From Nitrospirales bacterium (GTDB lineage: Bacteria; Nitrospirota; Nitrospiria; Nitrospirales; UBA8639), in assembly GCA_963555755.3 (NCBI GenBank), contig OY820905.2:1888001-1952000 (forward strand): a DNA stretch of 64,000 bases, read 5' to 3'. A program made the translations under genes and the position numbers. Shown here piece by piece: positions 39,681-49,446 of this stretch. The notes under the pieces are model-generated. The model was not told the origin of the DNA, searched no databases, and saw only the letters and a list, made by a program, of their open reading frames with translations. How positions within the stretch are numbered: position 1 is the first letter of the stretch; every line of letters starts with the position of its first letter.

Positions 39681-40022
39681 ATGAAACACCACATGATTCA
39701 CGCTCTTTCGGTATTGACCTTGACCACCCTGTTATTCCTCCCCGTACAAGCCGCTCCACCAGAGGTGCCTTCAGCCATTGACCAATTTGTGGCGAAAGCC
39801 TTTCCCGATGCCAGCCACTATTTCTGGGTGGTGAACGATACACAAACGGAAACCAAGAATGAAATGATTGTAGACATTAATACCTTTGTCACAAATAAGG
39901 GTAGCGACCATACGCCTATTGAAAACCGTTTTTTACTTCTTGTTTTGAACGGAGAGGTGATTTCAGCCCATAGAATCCCTCTTGGGGCCAAGGTTGATTG
40001 CAGTAAAGATACAGAAATTTAG
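39681..40022 (+). CDS. Hypothetical exported protein
   Basis: GGAGG RBS, signal peptide ending VQA-A, followed by a terminator. Confidence 0.75.
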   Translation: MKHHMIHALSVLTLTTLLFLPVQAAPPEVPSAIDQFVAKAFPDASHYFWVVNDTQTETKNEMIVDINTFVTNKGSDHTPIENRFLLLVLNGEVISAHRIPLGAKVDCSKDTEI

Positions 40023-40046
40023 GAGTCATCTCACCACGATAATACT

Positions 40047-40086
40047 AAAAGAGCCCCGTTCCCAGATCCGGGAACGGGGCTCTTTT
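40047..40086. terminator. Bidirectional rho-independent terminator between convergent genes
   Basis: aaaagagccccgttccc-agatcc-gggaacggggctctttt. Confidence 0.88.
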
Positions 40087-40123
40087 GTTATTCACACTCA
40101 AAAACCTGAGGATTTACTACCTT

Positions 40124-40618
40124 TTACTTTAAGACCAGAAGATGCGAAGGAAGGTGTGCCGGATGCAACTGACATTTGACTGACAGGTTGCCCGCGGCGG
40201 TGACATACGTAAAGTCGCTCATGGCGATACCAATATACTTGGTTTCTCCAGCCTTCAACGTAATTTTGATCTGCATGGAAGTTGGGGCAGCGAACGCTGA
40301 GTCCGCAGACAGACTAAAACCATGCTCAGAATCCAAGGCATTGGTGACTTTGATCAAAATAGGCTGGCCTCTCCTGCCTAAGGTTCCCTGGTTTCTAAGA
40401 TCCAGAATCGTCGTGCCAGGATACCAGGCTTTTTTCCCGCCAATGTTTACGGCGGTGTACGTAAGGTCGACATCAAGACTATTAAAGGGTTGACCTACGA
40501 CAGACCCGGTTGCGAGATCACCAACACTGTGACCACCGGACTGCATCGCGAAAGCAACTGAAGAACCACCCGCAACTAAAACTAAACCTAAAAGGACGGA
40601 TAGAAGCACCTTGTGCAT
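40124..40618 (-). CDS. Exported nitrosocyanin-like cupredoxin
   Basis: Signal peptide; IKVTN..SEHGFS, LKAGETK, AG.L.VKCQLHPAHLP resemble the nitrosocyanin Cu-site region. Confidence 0.7.
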   Translation of the reverse strand: MHKVLLSVLLGLVLVAGGSSVAFAMQSGGHSVGDLATGSVVGQPFNSLDVDLTYTAVNIGGKKAWYPGTTILDLRNQGTLGRRGQPILIKVTNALDSEHGFSLSADSAFAAPTSMQIKITLKAGETKYIGIAMSDFTYVTAAGNLSVKCQLHPAHLPSHLLVLK

Positions 40619-40783
40619 TGCCTACCTCCTCAAACAAAGGACGTTAATAAAAAATTGCCAGTTAAAAAGACCATTTCCAGAATATACTAAACTTGACTTA
40701 TTGCACATTCCTACCGCAACGGAGATAACTTATAGCATAAGCACTTTCCGGACGCAAGACGGTTTTCTGAAAACTTTCTGTAT

Positions 40784-40953
40784 GGGAATGTTGAAAAAAG
40801 CCGCCAGCGGCGTTCTCGCCATTTTGCCGTGCTCACGTACTATGAGTACGCTCCGCGCGTCAAAATGGCTGCGGCCTTTCCTTCGACTCTGCTCAGGACA
40901 GGACTGGATAGACCCTTCGGAAAGACTCAGGGCATGCTTTTTTGAACATTCCC
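40784..40953. mobile_element. MITE-like family A copy carrying two REP-like inserts, including an empty IS110 target
   Basis: gggaatgttgaaaaaag ... cttttttgaacattccc; inserts ccttcgactctgctcagg and cccttcggaaagactcaggg; extra end ttcaacaggccc at ~41010-41021. Confidence 0.9.
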
Positions 40954-41162
40954 TCCCCTTGACGATGCGTGGCTCATCTAGAGCTTTGATTAGCTATTGG
41001 AGTGCACTATTCAACAGGCCCTGAATACAAGCTTCTTCTACATTGTCTGTAAGGGACGGTGTTGGGTCATAGAGAAAGGAGCATTTTCCCTGTTGCGGGT
41101 GCTTCTAGTCCAGAGTAATATCGCCATTGTTTATAGATCATCATTATCGGAGGCGTTTTCTG

Positions 41163-42185
41163 ATGGAGAGATATTGGCATTCGGTATATATTGCAGGGGT
41201 TTTAGCATTTTTTAGCCTCTTCACCTTTTCCACGACAGTTTTTCCATTTTCAATTGTAGAGCCAAAAGATTCTAGTACGTATTTATCTGGAGAAAAAGCC
41301 TCCATCAATCTTGAAATCGGCGAAGTTGGGGGAATCATCGCTGTCCATTATTTTTGGTATGCCGACGGTGAAGACATGCTGGAAGAGCTGGTTGACCAGA
41401 AACGAGCCCTTATCTCCACACCTGATCACCACCCCCCATTCGGTGGAACCATTCGAGTACCCCGGACTGCTATCGGTACCTATCGCCTATTGGCAGTGGC
41501 CCAATTAGAGGAAGGGCAAGTGGATACGGAGAAATGGGCCGTATTTGACGAAGTCCTTATCCATGTTGAACCCAAGGCTCAACTCAAGGAAATAGATTTT
41601 GAGAATGAAAAACCTCTTCGATTCGGACGAGCCGCATCAGCTCGAGTCTACGACCAAATCGATTTTTTAGGCAAAACACTTGCGTTGCGCGCCATCGGCC
41701 GATTTTCAGACGGTACGGTTCGCTCCATTCGCAGGAAAGACACCGGAACAACCTACCTGATCGACGATGAAACCGTCGTGACCATCAATGACAATGGGCT
41801 GCTTCGTCTGGTGGGAAACGGAACGACAATGCTGACCGTCAAAAACCGAGGCCGCGAAGCCATGTTGGAAATTCAGGTCAAAGTCAACATTCAAGCCAAC
41901 CAGCCTCCCGTCACGAATCCGGGGGATGACCAAACCGTGTATTCAGGTGATCCGGTCATTTTAAACGGACTGGCGAGCTACGATCCCGAAGGTGGGTCGC
42001 TTCAATACCGCTGGTCACAAGTCCGTGGCAGTAAAATTTCTCTTCTCGATCCTTACTCGGGAAAGGCCAGATTTTTAGCCCCATTCGTTCCAGAAGAACG
42101 ACTGTTTCGATTTAAACTGCGTGTCACCGATACCCAAGGAGCCGATAGTATTCCCGCCTACCTAGACATCATAGTTATTCCGTAG
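41163..42185 (+). CDS. Exported Ig-like/PKD domain protein
   Basis: Signal peptide; Big_2-like segment; PKD-like NQPPVTNPGDDQTV..LNGLASYDPEG..YRWSQV..LRVTD. Confidence 0.8.
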   Translation: MERYWHSVYIAGVLAFFSLFTFSTTVFPFSIVEPKDSSTYLSGEKASINLEIGEVGGIIAVHYFWYADGEDMLEELVDQKRALISTPDHHPPFGGTIRVPRTAIGTYRLLAVAQLEEGQVDTEKWAVFDEVLIHVEPKAQLKEIDFENEKPLRFGRAASARVYDQIDFLGKTLALRAIGRFSDGTVRSIRRKDTGTTYLIDDETVVTINDNGLLRLVGNGTTMLTVKNRGREAMLEIQVKVNIQANQPPVTNPGDDQTVYSGDPVILNGLASYDPEGGSLQYRWSQVRGSKISLLDPYSGKARFLAPFVPEERLFRFKLRVTDTQGADSIPAYLDIIVIP

Positions 42186-42194
42186 ATCGTCACA

Positions 42195-42359
42195 GAGAAT
42201 GTTGAAAAAAGCCGCCAGCGGCGTTCTCGGCCCTTTGTCGTGCTCACGTACTATGAGTACGCTCCGCGCGCCAAAGCGCCTGCGGCCTTGCCTGTGGAAG
42301 GGCGCGTCTTGGCGCGCCTGGGTTGGGCGGGTCAGCCAACGGGCCTTTTTGAACAGCCC
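42195..42359. mobile_element. MITE-like family A copy with a different internal insert
   Basis: gagaatgttgaaaaaagccgccagcggcgttctcg ... ctttttgaacagccc; extra end tcaacaggccc at ~42422-42432. Confidence 0.85.
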
Positions 42360-42432
42360 ATGGCTATTTAGGGTTGACTCAATTAATCAAATGTATTGGT
42401 CTTATAGAAATTTTGAATTAATCAACAGGCCC

Positions 42433-42936
42433 TCACAGCAACTGGGCATCCACGCTTTCACTCGGCTCCTGATCGGCCTGATCAAATAATTCTTTCTCCA
42501 CGTAAATGGGAGCATCAAAATGGATAGCAAGAGCAATGGCATCTGACGACCGGCTGTCAAACACTTTGAGGTCGCCATGGATGACCACTGATAGCTCTCC
42601 ATAATAAATCTGCTCTTTCAGCTTGATTTTAACGTGAGTCACGGAACCTCCATAGGCCAGAAGTATCGTATGCATCAGGTCATGGGAAAGGGGCCGGGAA
42701 AACTTTTGCCCTCGTAATGCACCATCAATAGACCCTGCCACCGTAGGATCAACAAAAATGGGCACGACCCGGCCATGGGCTTTGAGTAAGACCACCGGGC
42801 CCATTTCGGACATCAACACACTCACATCTTCGATTTGAATCTGGCCGACAGGGAGTGGAGCTTGTGCCAAAGATGGTCCATACCATCCCAGCACGACAAA
42901 CAGGACCAACAACAGGATTGAACAACGAGATCGCAT
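42433..42936 (-). CDS. Bifunctional nuclease family (DUF151) protein with N-terminal signal-like peptide
   Basis: PVVLLK, VPIFV, RPLSHDL, DSRSSDAIALA; start ATG 42936 with GGAGG RBS. Confidence 0.85.
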   Translation of the reverse strand: MRSRCSILLLVLFVVLGWYGPSLAQAPLPVGQIQIEDVSVLMSEMGPVVLLKAHGRVVPIFVDPTVAGSIDGALRGQKFSRPLSHDLMHTILLAYGGSVTHVKIKLKEQIYYGELSVVIHGDLKVFDSRSSDAIALAIHFDAPIYVEKELFDQADQEPSESVDAQLL

Positions 42937-42961
42937 CACACCCTCCTTCCTACGCAAACGT

Positions 42962-43600
42962 TCAGCCGGACATAAACGGGTTGTATTCTTGCTCAAACCC
43001 GATCTGGGTCTCTTCACCATGACCGGTAATGACCGTGGTCGCTTCATCCAGTGAAAACAAACGTTCGCGAATCGATGTTTCAATAGCTCGCGAGTCGCCA
43101 CCCCATAAATCCGTTCGCCCGATACCACCCCGAAATAACGTGTCACCCGACAACAACAGATGCTCTTGCGGAAAATGGAAGCACATGGATCCGGGGGTAT
43201 GACCCGGAGTATGCAGCGCCTGACCTTTGATGGTCCCAAACGACAGCACCTCCTCATCCCGCATGCAATGGTCCGGATCTGGGGCTTGGACAAACGGCAC
43301 ACCAAACATTCGGCATTGTACCTCAAGGATTTTCCACAGATCGAGATCAGCCTCATGTATACCAAGCGGAGCCTGTGTCGCATTCTGAATTTCTCCTGAG
43401 GCGAGAAAATGATCCAAATGCGCGTGGGTATGGTAAATGCCAATGATCGTCAAACCCAGGCGCTGAACTTCGTCCAAGATACGCCTGGCATCGCCACCAG
43501 GATCAACAACAATGGCCTGTTTGGTCTCGGCATCGCCCAGGATCGAGCAATTACAGCCAAGTGGTGGAACGGTAAAGGTTTTTCGAATCAGGGCAGCCAT
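42962..43600 (-). CDS. MBL-fold metallo-hydrolase (glyoxalase II-like)
   Basis: THAHLDH, HTPGHTPGS, SGDTLF, GRTDL, GHG; start ATG 43600 with AGGAG RBS. Confidence 0.92.
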   Translation of the reverse strand: MAALIRKTFTVPPLGCNCSILGDAETKQAIVVDPGGDARRILDEVQRLGLTIIGIYHTHAHLDHFLASGEIQNATQAPLGIHEADLDLWKILEVQCRMFGVPFVQAPDPDHCMRDEEVLSFGTIKGQALHTPGHTPGSMCFHFPQEHLLLSGDTLFRGGIGRTDLWGGDSRAIETSIRERLFSLDEATTVITGHGEETQIGFEQEYNPFMSG

Positions 43601-43766
43601 GAAACTCCTTTTCCGGCAGGGCAGTAAAAAATTCAAAGCGTAGCCCCCAGCGCTCGGAGGGTCAAGCTACCTTAAGATCAGGGGCATTCATTTGCATTAC
43701 AAGGCGAAGCAGCCTACAATCCAAAAATCGGTTCACAAGCTCTCCCCGTGCTAACAATTTCCCCTA

Positions 43767-44612
43767 TTGTCTCCTGTGGCTAAATCCAACACTTTCACCT
43801 CTATCAAGCTTCCTTCCGGCCAGATTTTTTTTCGGAGAGAGCGTTTTTCCTTTTTCCGTTTGATAGTCCTCCTTTGTGTGTTTCCCATTCTTCAAGGGTG
43901 TCCACAAGATAGGACTCCTTTATTGGAAGAAGAAAATACCGAACTCAAAAAACTTGGCGCGAAACAGGAATCCATGATCATTACCCTTCAAGAAGGCAAC
44001 CGTGTCTTTCAAGAGCAGATTGATCGGCTGAATCAGGAACTACGGGAACAGCAGAAGGAGCTCGACCAAAAAATCAAGGCCGCCCAAGAAACCGGACAGG
44101 GCTTGGCCGTGGAACGACATACTTTGACCCAACAAGTGACCGAATTAACCCGAGAAAATCGCAAACTGACGAACGACACCCAATGGTTGCGCCGTCAACG
44201 TGAACTGTTTCGTCAATCGATTTCGACCCACATTTCCGGCGCTAATGCCCAAACCTTCACTATTGGGTTTTCCCCAATGATCGAAGCCACGAAACGGGCG
44301 TTGCTTCAACATGGATACTCGATTTTGGCACATATGGCGACTGACCAAAAAACGGTGTTTGTCACCGAACGAAAAACCTCTGCCTCACCCTCCCTCGAAT
44401 TGCCAGGCTTTCACAACCAATATCTTCTCGTGTTGGAAGGACTCGGGCAGCACGCCACTACCCTGAAGGTCAAAGCGCACTATGAAAAAATATCCCAGGA
44501 AGGGAAGACGCTAGGGGTCAGCGACAATGAAAAAGCCGACATCGAACTGAGAATGATTCGGGCGGTGGAAGAAATTCTTCAGGAATCAGCCAATACCGGA
44601 CCTGCTCAATAA
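43767..44612 (+). CDS. Hypothetical coiled-coil lipoprotein
   Basis: Hydrophobic segment ending LQGC, long heptad region; start uncertain. Confidence 0.7.
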   Translation: MSPVAKSNTFTSIKLPSGQIFFRRERFSFFRLIVLLCVFPILQGCPQDRTPLLEEENTELKKLGAKQESMIITLQEGNRVFQEQIDRLNQELREQQKELDQKIKAAQETGQGLAVERHTLTQQVTELTRENRKLTNDTQWLRRQRELFRQSISTHISGANAQTFTIGFSPMIEATKRALLQHGYSILAHMATDQKTVFVTERKTSASPSLELPGFHNQYLLVLEGLGQHATTLKVKAHYEKISQEGKTLGVSDNEKADIELRMIRAVEEILQESANTGPAQ

Positions 44613-44977
44613 GCGATCAAAGCAGCCGTCCCTACTCAACCATACAGAGCAGCCAGCCGGAAAAAGGCCTTTAAAACCTGTTCTGATTCTTGAAGAGGAA
44701 GAAATGGCCACTTGATCCATGTGCAGTTTCCGAATACTTTTTTCGCGAAACTGACTTTTCCTAAGCAACAATCAGGCTGATTGTTGCCTTTTTAGGGGTT
44801 ATGAAAAAAGAGGAAGCTCGACAGCGAAGGATTTCCTGGGAAGCCAAAGACAACTACACCTGTGAACACCCCGAGATTGAAAGAGAACGCTCTAGAGGAG
44901 GGCGGGCGCACGGGTTTCTATGTGTGAAACACCTACGGAGCCTAGATCGGGCTACCGGGAGAGTGACCCCACGAAAT

Positions 44978-45435
44978 GACGACTCAGGTTGCTAGGTTCA
45001 GGGTTCACGGTTGGCCCCTGTGCATTCTTCATATTCCTTTTGCCACACCTCAATAATCTTCAAACCGTTCAATCTTCATCTTTCTCTAACCCTGAACCAT
45101 GAACCCCTAAACCGTGATCCCCTGAACCTGAGAAATGACAAAAGATGAGCAACACCGTTATTGCATGCAAGCACCTCTGGAAAATATTTGGGAAACATCG
45201 CGATGAGACGACTCAGGTTGCCAGATTCAGGGTTCACGGTTGGCCCCTGTGCATTCTTCATATTCCTTTTGCCACACCTCAATAATCTTCAAACCGTTCA
45301 ATCTTCATCTTTCTCTAACCCTGAACCATGAACCCCTAAACCGTGATCCCCTGAACCTGAGAAATGACAAAAAATGACCAGCACCGTTATTGCATGCAAG
45401 CACCTCTGGAAAATCTTTGGGAAACATCGCGATGA
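44978..45435 (+). repeat. 229-bp direct tandem duplication covering the upstream region and first ~20 codons of the ABC ATPase gene
   Basis: gactcagg at 44981 and 45210; both units end catcgcgatga; few substitutions. Confidence 0.92.
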
Positions 45436-46429
45436 GGTGTTGAAGGCGGTTCAGGAAGAAGGACTCGGGAAAACCGAGGTCCTTGAGCGCTTTCACAGTG
45501 TCCTTGCGGTAGCGGATGCCTCTTTTGAGGTCAGACAGGGCGAGATCTTCTGTATCATGGGTTTGTCAGGATGTGGCAAATCCACACTCCTTCGCCTCAT
45601 CAACCGCCTCATTGACCCAACCCACGGCCATGTCCTGATTAATGGACAGGACATCAGTCATTTGGATGCCAAGAGTCTGCGCGCCCTGCGCTCCGAAACC
45701 ATTGGGATGGTCTTTCAAAATTCGGCCCTGCTCCCGCATCGAACTGTCAGGGACAACGTAGCCTTTCCTCTTGAACTGCGCCATGTGGCTCAAGCAGAGC
45801 GTTCCGAAGCCGCCGAGAAGATACTTAACCATGTTGGACTGAGCGGTTGGGAAGATCGAATGCCTTCTGAATTGTCGGGCGGAATGCAACAACGCGTGGG
45901 GCTGGCCCGCGCCCTGGCAGCGGATCCGGACATCCTGCTTATGGACGAACCATTCAGCGCCCTTGATCCACTCATTCGACGACAGCTTCAAAACCAGTTT
46001 CTCGAACTCTCTTCGGTAATGAAAAAAACCACTGTGTTCATTACCCACGACCTTCACGAGGCCATACGGCTCGGGGACCGGATTGCCATTATGAAGGATG
46101 GTGTCCTGATGCAGATTGGTACACCGGAGGAAATCGTGACCAAGCCGGTGGACGAGTATGTCGCGGAGTTCGTACAAGGCATCTCACGGCTTACACTCGT
46201 GCATGCCCACACCGTGATGCAGCCAATCGACACGTATCACGGGACTGCGGAGAATGACCTTACCTCACTCTCCACCGCCCCTCCAGACGCAGACCTCAAC
46301 GAGCTCATCAACCTCTCGGTAGACACTGACAGGCCCATCCTGATTCTGAAGGACCAAACACCCGTTGGCATCGTCACCAAGCTCAACCTGCTACGCGGCA
46401 TTCAAGGGGAGAAAGACTATGGGGAGTGA
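45374..46429 (+). CDS. proV: Glycine betaine/proline-type ABC transporter ATP-binding subunit
   Basis: MGLSGCGKST, LSGGMQQRVGLARALA, MDEPFSALDPLIR, FITHDL; C-terminal CBS-like region. Confidence 0.92.
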   Translation: MTSTVIACKHLWKIFGKHRDEVLKAVQEEGLGKTEVLERFHSVLAVADASFEVRQGEIFCIMGLSGCGKSTLLRLINRLIDPTHGHVLINGQDISHLDAKSLRALRSETIGMVFQNSALLPHRTVRDNVAFPLELRHVAQAERSEAAEKILNHVGLSGWEDRMPSELSGGMQQRVGLARALAADPDILLMDEPFSALDPLIRRQLQNQFLELSSVMKKTTVFITHDLHEAIRLGDRIAIMKDGVLMQIGTPEEIVTKPVDEYVAEFVQGISRLTLVHAHTVMQPIDTYHGTAENDLTSLSTAPPDADLNELINLSVDTDRPILILKDQTPVGIVTKLNLLRGIQGEKDYGE

Positions 46430-47798
46430 AATTCGGACAGAAGGCTCGGGTGAGGCGACCACCCACATCGGCAACTCAAACTCCAAGAGCATTCAACTGA
46501 TTGAGGCATTTGTTGGCCCCAACGCCGACTACTATGTGCTTCAGTTTGGGCGAATTTCGCAATTTGGTCTCGCTGGGATTCGTCTCAATTGGGCCGCGAC
46601 CCTCGGCGGTCCCTTCTGGGCAGCGACTCGGAGCCTCTGGATGATATTTGGGTTTGCCGCCTTGGGGGATGTGATTGGGCTCATCATGATCTCCCGAGCA
46701 TATTGGTCCTTCAGCCAGGGTAACGGGGTCCTTTCCCTCGGTCTTCTCTTCCTGGTCGCTTTTCGTGCCGCAACCGGCCTCGTGGCCAACGGGGCATATT
46801 TGCGGGCCTTCACGCGCTGGAGAAGCCATCGCCATCTTCCACATGGCACCAGTTGGAAGGCAGGGCTCGCCGGGTGGGCACTGGTGCTCGCAATCTATCC
46901 GCTGACCGTCTACCGTTTCAGTGCCCCACAGGTCGTTGAGTTTATCGCGACGTTCCCCACCACCCGTTTCATCAAACTCAATACGGCCCGGGCCATGGAC
47001 AATGTGGTGGACTGGATGGTCATCCACATGGAGACCTTTTTTGACTCGATCACCTTGAGTATCCGAACCGTTCTGAACTTTCTCGAACTCCTGTTCGTCG
47101 GGACCCCATGGCCCGTGACCTTTCTGCTCATCATGCTCATGGCCTGGCGCATGGCCGGACCAACCGTGTCGGTGTTTAGCGGTGTGGCTCTGCTCTATGT
47201 GGGGCTGTTCGGCTTTTGGGAAAAAGCCATGAGCACATTTTCCTTGGTTGGGGCAGCAGTGTGTCTTTGCCTGATACTGGGCGCACCATTGGGAATGTGG
47301 TGTGCCAAAAACCGACGGTTGTATGCTTTGCTCAGGCCCATTCTGGATGTGATGCAAACCATTCCCAGCTTCGTCTATCTGATCCCGGCTGTGGCCTTCT
47401 TCTCCATCGGGAAACCGCCGGGGATTCTTGCAACGATTGTGTTTGCGATGCCGCCCTTGATCCGATTGACGGCGTTAGGAATCATGCAGGTCCCTGACTC
47501 GGTTCGCGAAGCCGCGGTGGCATTCGGGGCAAGCCCCCGCCAACTCCTGTGGAAGGTTGAAATTCCCCTGGCCCTCCCATCCATCATGGCCGGGATCAAT
47601 CAGTCCATCATGATGAGCCTGTCCATGGTCGTGGTGGCCGCCTTGATCGGCGCAGGCGGATTGGGGTACGACGTGTTGTTCGCCCTTCAGCATGTGGAAA
47701 CCGGGAACGGTATATTGGCCGGGGTGGCCATTGCTCTCCTCGCCATGGTTCTCGATCGGATTGTACAAGGATCTCAAAAATGGTCAGAAAGAGGTTGA
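46419..47798 (+). CDS. proW: Glycine betaine/proline-type ABC permease with N-terminal DUF2628-like extension
   Basis: PILDVMQTIPSFVYLIP, EAAVAFG, IMAGINQSIMMSLSMVV; start ATG 46419 overlaps the proV end. Confidence 0.9.
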   Translation: MGSEIRTEGSGEATTHIGNSNSKSIQLIEAFVGPNADYYVLQFGRISQFGLAGIRLNWAATLGGPFWAATRSLWMIFGFAALGDVIGLIMISRAYWSFSQGNGVLSLGLLFLVAFRAATGLVANGAYLRAFTRWRSHRHLPHGTSWKAGLAGWALVLAIYPLTVYRFSAPQVVEFIATFPTTRFIKLNTARAMDNVVDWMVIHMETFFDSITLSIRTVLNFLELLFVGTPWPVTFLLIMLMAWRMAGPTVSVFSGVALLYVGLFGFWEKAMSTFSLVGAAVCLCLILGAPLGMWCAKNRRLYALLRPILDVMQTIPSFVYLIPAVAFFSIGKPPGILATIVFAMPPLIRLTALGIMQVPDSVREAAVAFGASPRQLLWKVEIPLALPSIMAGINQSIMMSLSMVVVAALIGAGGLGYDVLFALQHVETGNGILAGVAIALLAMVLDRIVQGSQKWSERG

Positions 47799-47825
47799 TC
47801 GGCCATTCAACTTAAAAGAGGCGCC

Positions 47826-48881
47826 ATGAAGAAGCTCTCTCCCATGCTCATTCTCCTCTTGGCTTTTAACACCATTACATGCACCGATACCCCCTCAAGG
47901 AAAAATATCATCATTGGGGAAGTGACGTGGGATGGCGGGCTCGCTATCGCGCATGTTCTCAAAACCGTCCTTGAAACCAAATTGGGCATCGAGGTGGAAC
48001 TTATTATGGCCGATCAACCTGTGATCCTCAGCGCCATGGATAAAGGGGATGGTGGTATTGATGTTCACCCGGACTTTTGGATGCCGAACCGAGCCGGGCT
48101 ATGGAACAAATATATTGCGTCGGGTTCACGGGAAACGATCCTGGTCAACCAAACCCCCTACCATGGAGTGCAAGGGATGTTCATCCCCCAATATCTACAA
48201 GACCAGTATGAGTTGAAATCAGTCGCCGACCTCTCCAATCCTACGATTGCAAAGCTGTTCGACAGCGACAACAATGGCAAGGGTGAGTTTTGGGCTGGTG
48301 CCCCTGGGTGGGCCTCAACCAATGTGGAAAAAGTGAAGGCCAGGAGCTATGGGTACGACCAATTTTTTGAGTCAATTGAGGTCCCTATGGCTGTGTTCCA
48401 GGCCAAACTGAAAACGGCGTATTCCAGAAAGAAACCGGTTCTCTTTTACTCCTGGACCCCCGAATGGATTCACACCACGTACGACTTGGTGAGGCTTGAA
48501 GAGCCTCCTTTCGACGGGTTTGCCATGGAAAGCAAGAAGGACGATCCCCGCTTTAATCCCGATGGCTGCTGGAAGATGTACCAACCGAAAGATGATCTGG
48601 ATTGGTACGAAAAGAGCCGCATTACCTGTGCATGGCCAGATGCTGACGTCTATATTGCCTATTCAAAATCCCTCACCAACCGTGCACCCCAGATCGCAAA
48701 GTTTTTCAATCAGGTAGCATTTTCTTCTGATATGGTGGGCAAGTGGATCACCCAAATGGTGTTGGAAAAACGAGATCCCGTTGAGATGGCGAGAAAGTGG
48801 GTGGCAAACCACCCAGAAATCGTGAACAAATGGGTCAAAGGAATTGAAAGCTTGGCGAACCAGGGTTCCGCACTCCATTGA
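47826..48881 (+). CDS. proX: Quaternary-amine ABC transporter substrate-binding protein
   Basis: TWDGG, DVHPDFWMP, LFDSDNNGKGEFW.GAPGW, YSWTPEW; substrate not determined. Confidence 0.85.
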   Translation: MKKLSPMLILLLAFNTITCTDTPSRKNIIIGEVTWDGGLAIAHVLKTVLETKLGIEVELIMADQPVILSAMDKGDGGIDVHPDFWMPNRAGLWNKYIASGSRETILVNQTPYHGVQGMFIPQYLQDQYELKSVADLSNPTIAKLFDSDNNGKGEFWAGAPGWASTNVEKVKARSYGYDQFFESIEVPMAVFQAKLKTAYSRKKPVLFYSWTPEWIHTTYDLVRLEEPPFDGFAMESKKDDPRFNPDGCWKMYQPKDDLDWYEKSRITCAWPDADVYIAYSKSLTNRAPQIAKFFNQVAFSSDMVGKWITQMVLEKRDPVEMARKWVANHPEIVNKWVKGIESLANQGSALH

Positions 48882-49446
48882 TTCTTAAGGGTGCCATAAA
48901 GTTGGCGCAGCTACTGGACAGGGTGACGGACCGTGGTTACGTCATGTCAGGCAGGCTCTTAACAGTGGGAACAGAAACAATCTAACATAATAAATTTCAA
49001 TGTTTTCAATTGGTTAGATTACAGTATTATTTTAAACGTCAGAGGGGCCTGACTATCCAGCCGTTCGGTCATCTAATGGATTCTTGGTTTGTTGATCACT
49101 GCCAGGATATTGTAGTAGATTCGTTTTGGGTTAGAAGGGCACTTCGAGTAATTCACCCATTTCGAAGAACTCTCTCCCTCTCTCTCTCTACTTTACCTAA
49201 TAGCAAGTTTACCTAATATGAAGAATTCACAAAATTAGGGAAGCCGGCATTCTCAAGTAATGTCCCATTGAGGGTCTACCGGTAGAAGAGCGTGGAGTTC
49301 CACCCTACGGCCCGGTTTATCAGCAGGAAACGATTTCGTCACTCATTGAAAAATGACCTTGCAACCTACTTCCTAAGGTGGCAGTAGGTTCGTTTGAAGT
49401 TTATCAAAAGGTTTAGTCACCGCTTCCACAGTAAAGGGAAAAAATA

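Noticed and set aside
40611..41024. Recurrent ORFs containing MLKKAASGVLA...CSRTMSTLRA (also 42199-42489, 25034-25417)
   Set aside because: They are reading frames through MITE family A; the similarity is at the DNA-repeat level and there is no independent coding evidence.
42937..43443. Long N-terminal extension of the DUF151 ORF
   Set aside because: Overlaps the MBL hydrolase gene out of frame; a proper RBS precedes ATG 42936.
44700..44980. c-di-AMP or other riboswitch ahead of proVWX
   Set aside because: No recognisable consensus by eye.
46476..47357. 293-aa antisense ORF within proW, and similar long antisense ORFs in gltB and the FGE-like genes
   Set aside because: Shadow frames of well-supported genes with no recognisable motifs.
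49240..49440. SAM riboswitch upstream of the methyltransferases
   Set aside because: Only fragments (ttatc, gcaacc, aaggtg) and one hairpin; the core SAM-I P2/pseudoknot sequence is missing. An Rfam cmscan would settle it.
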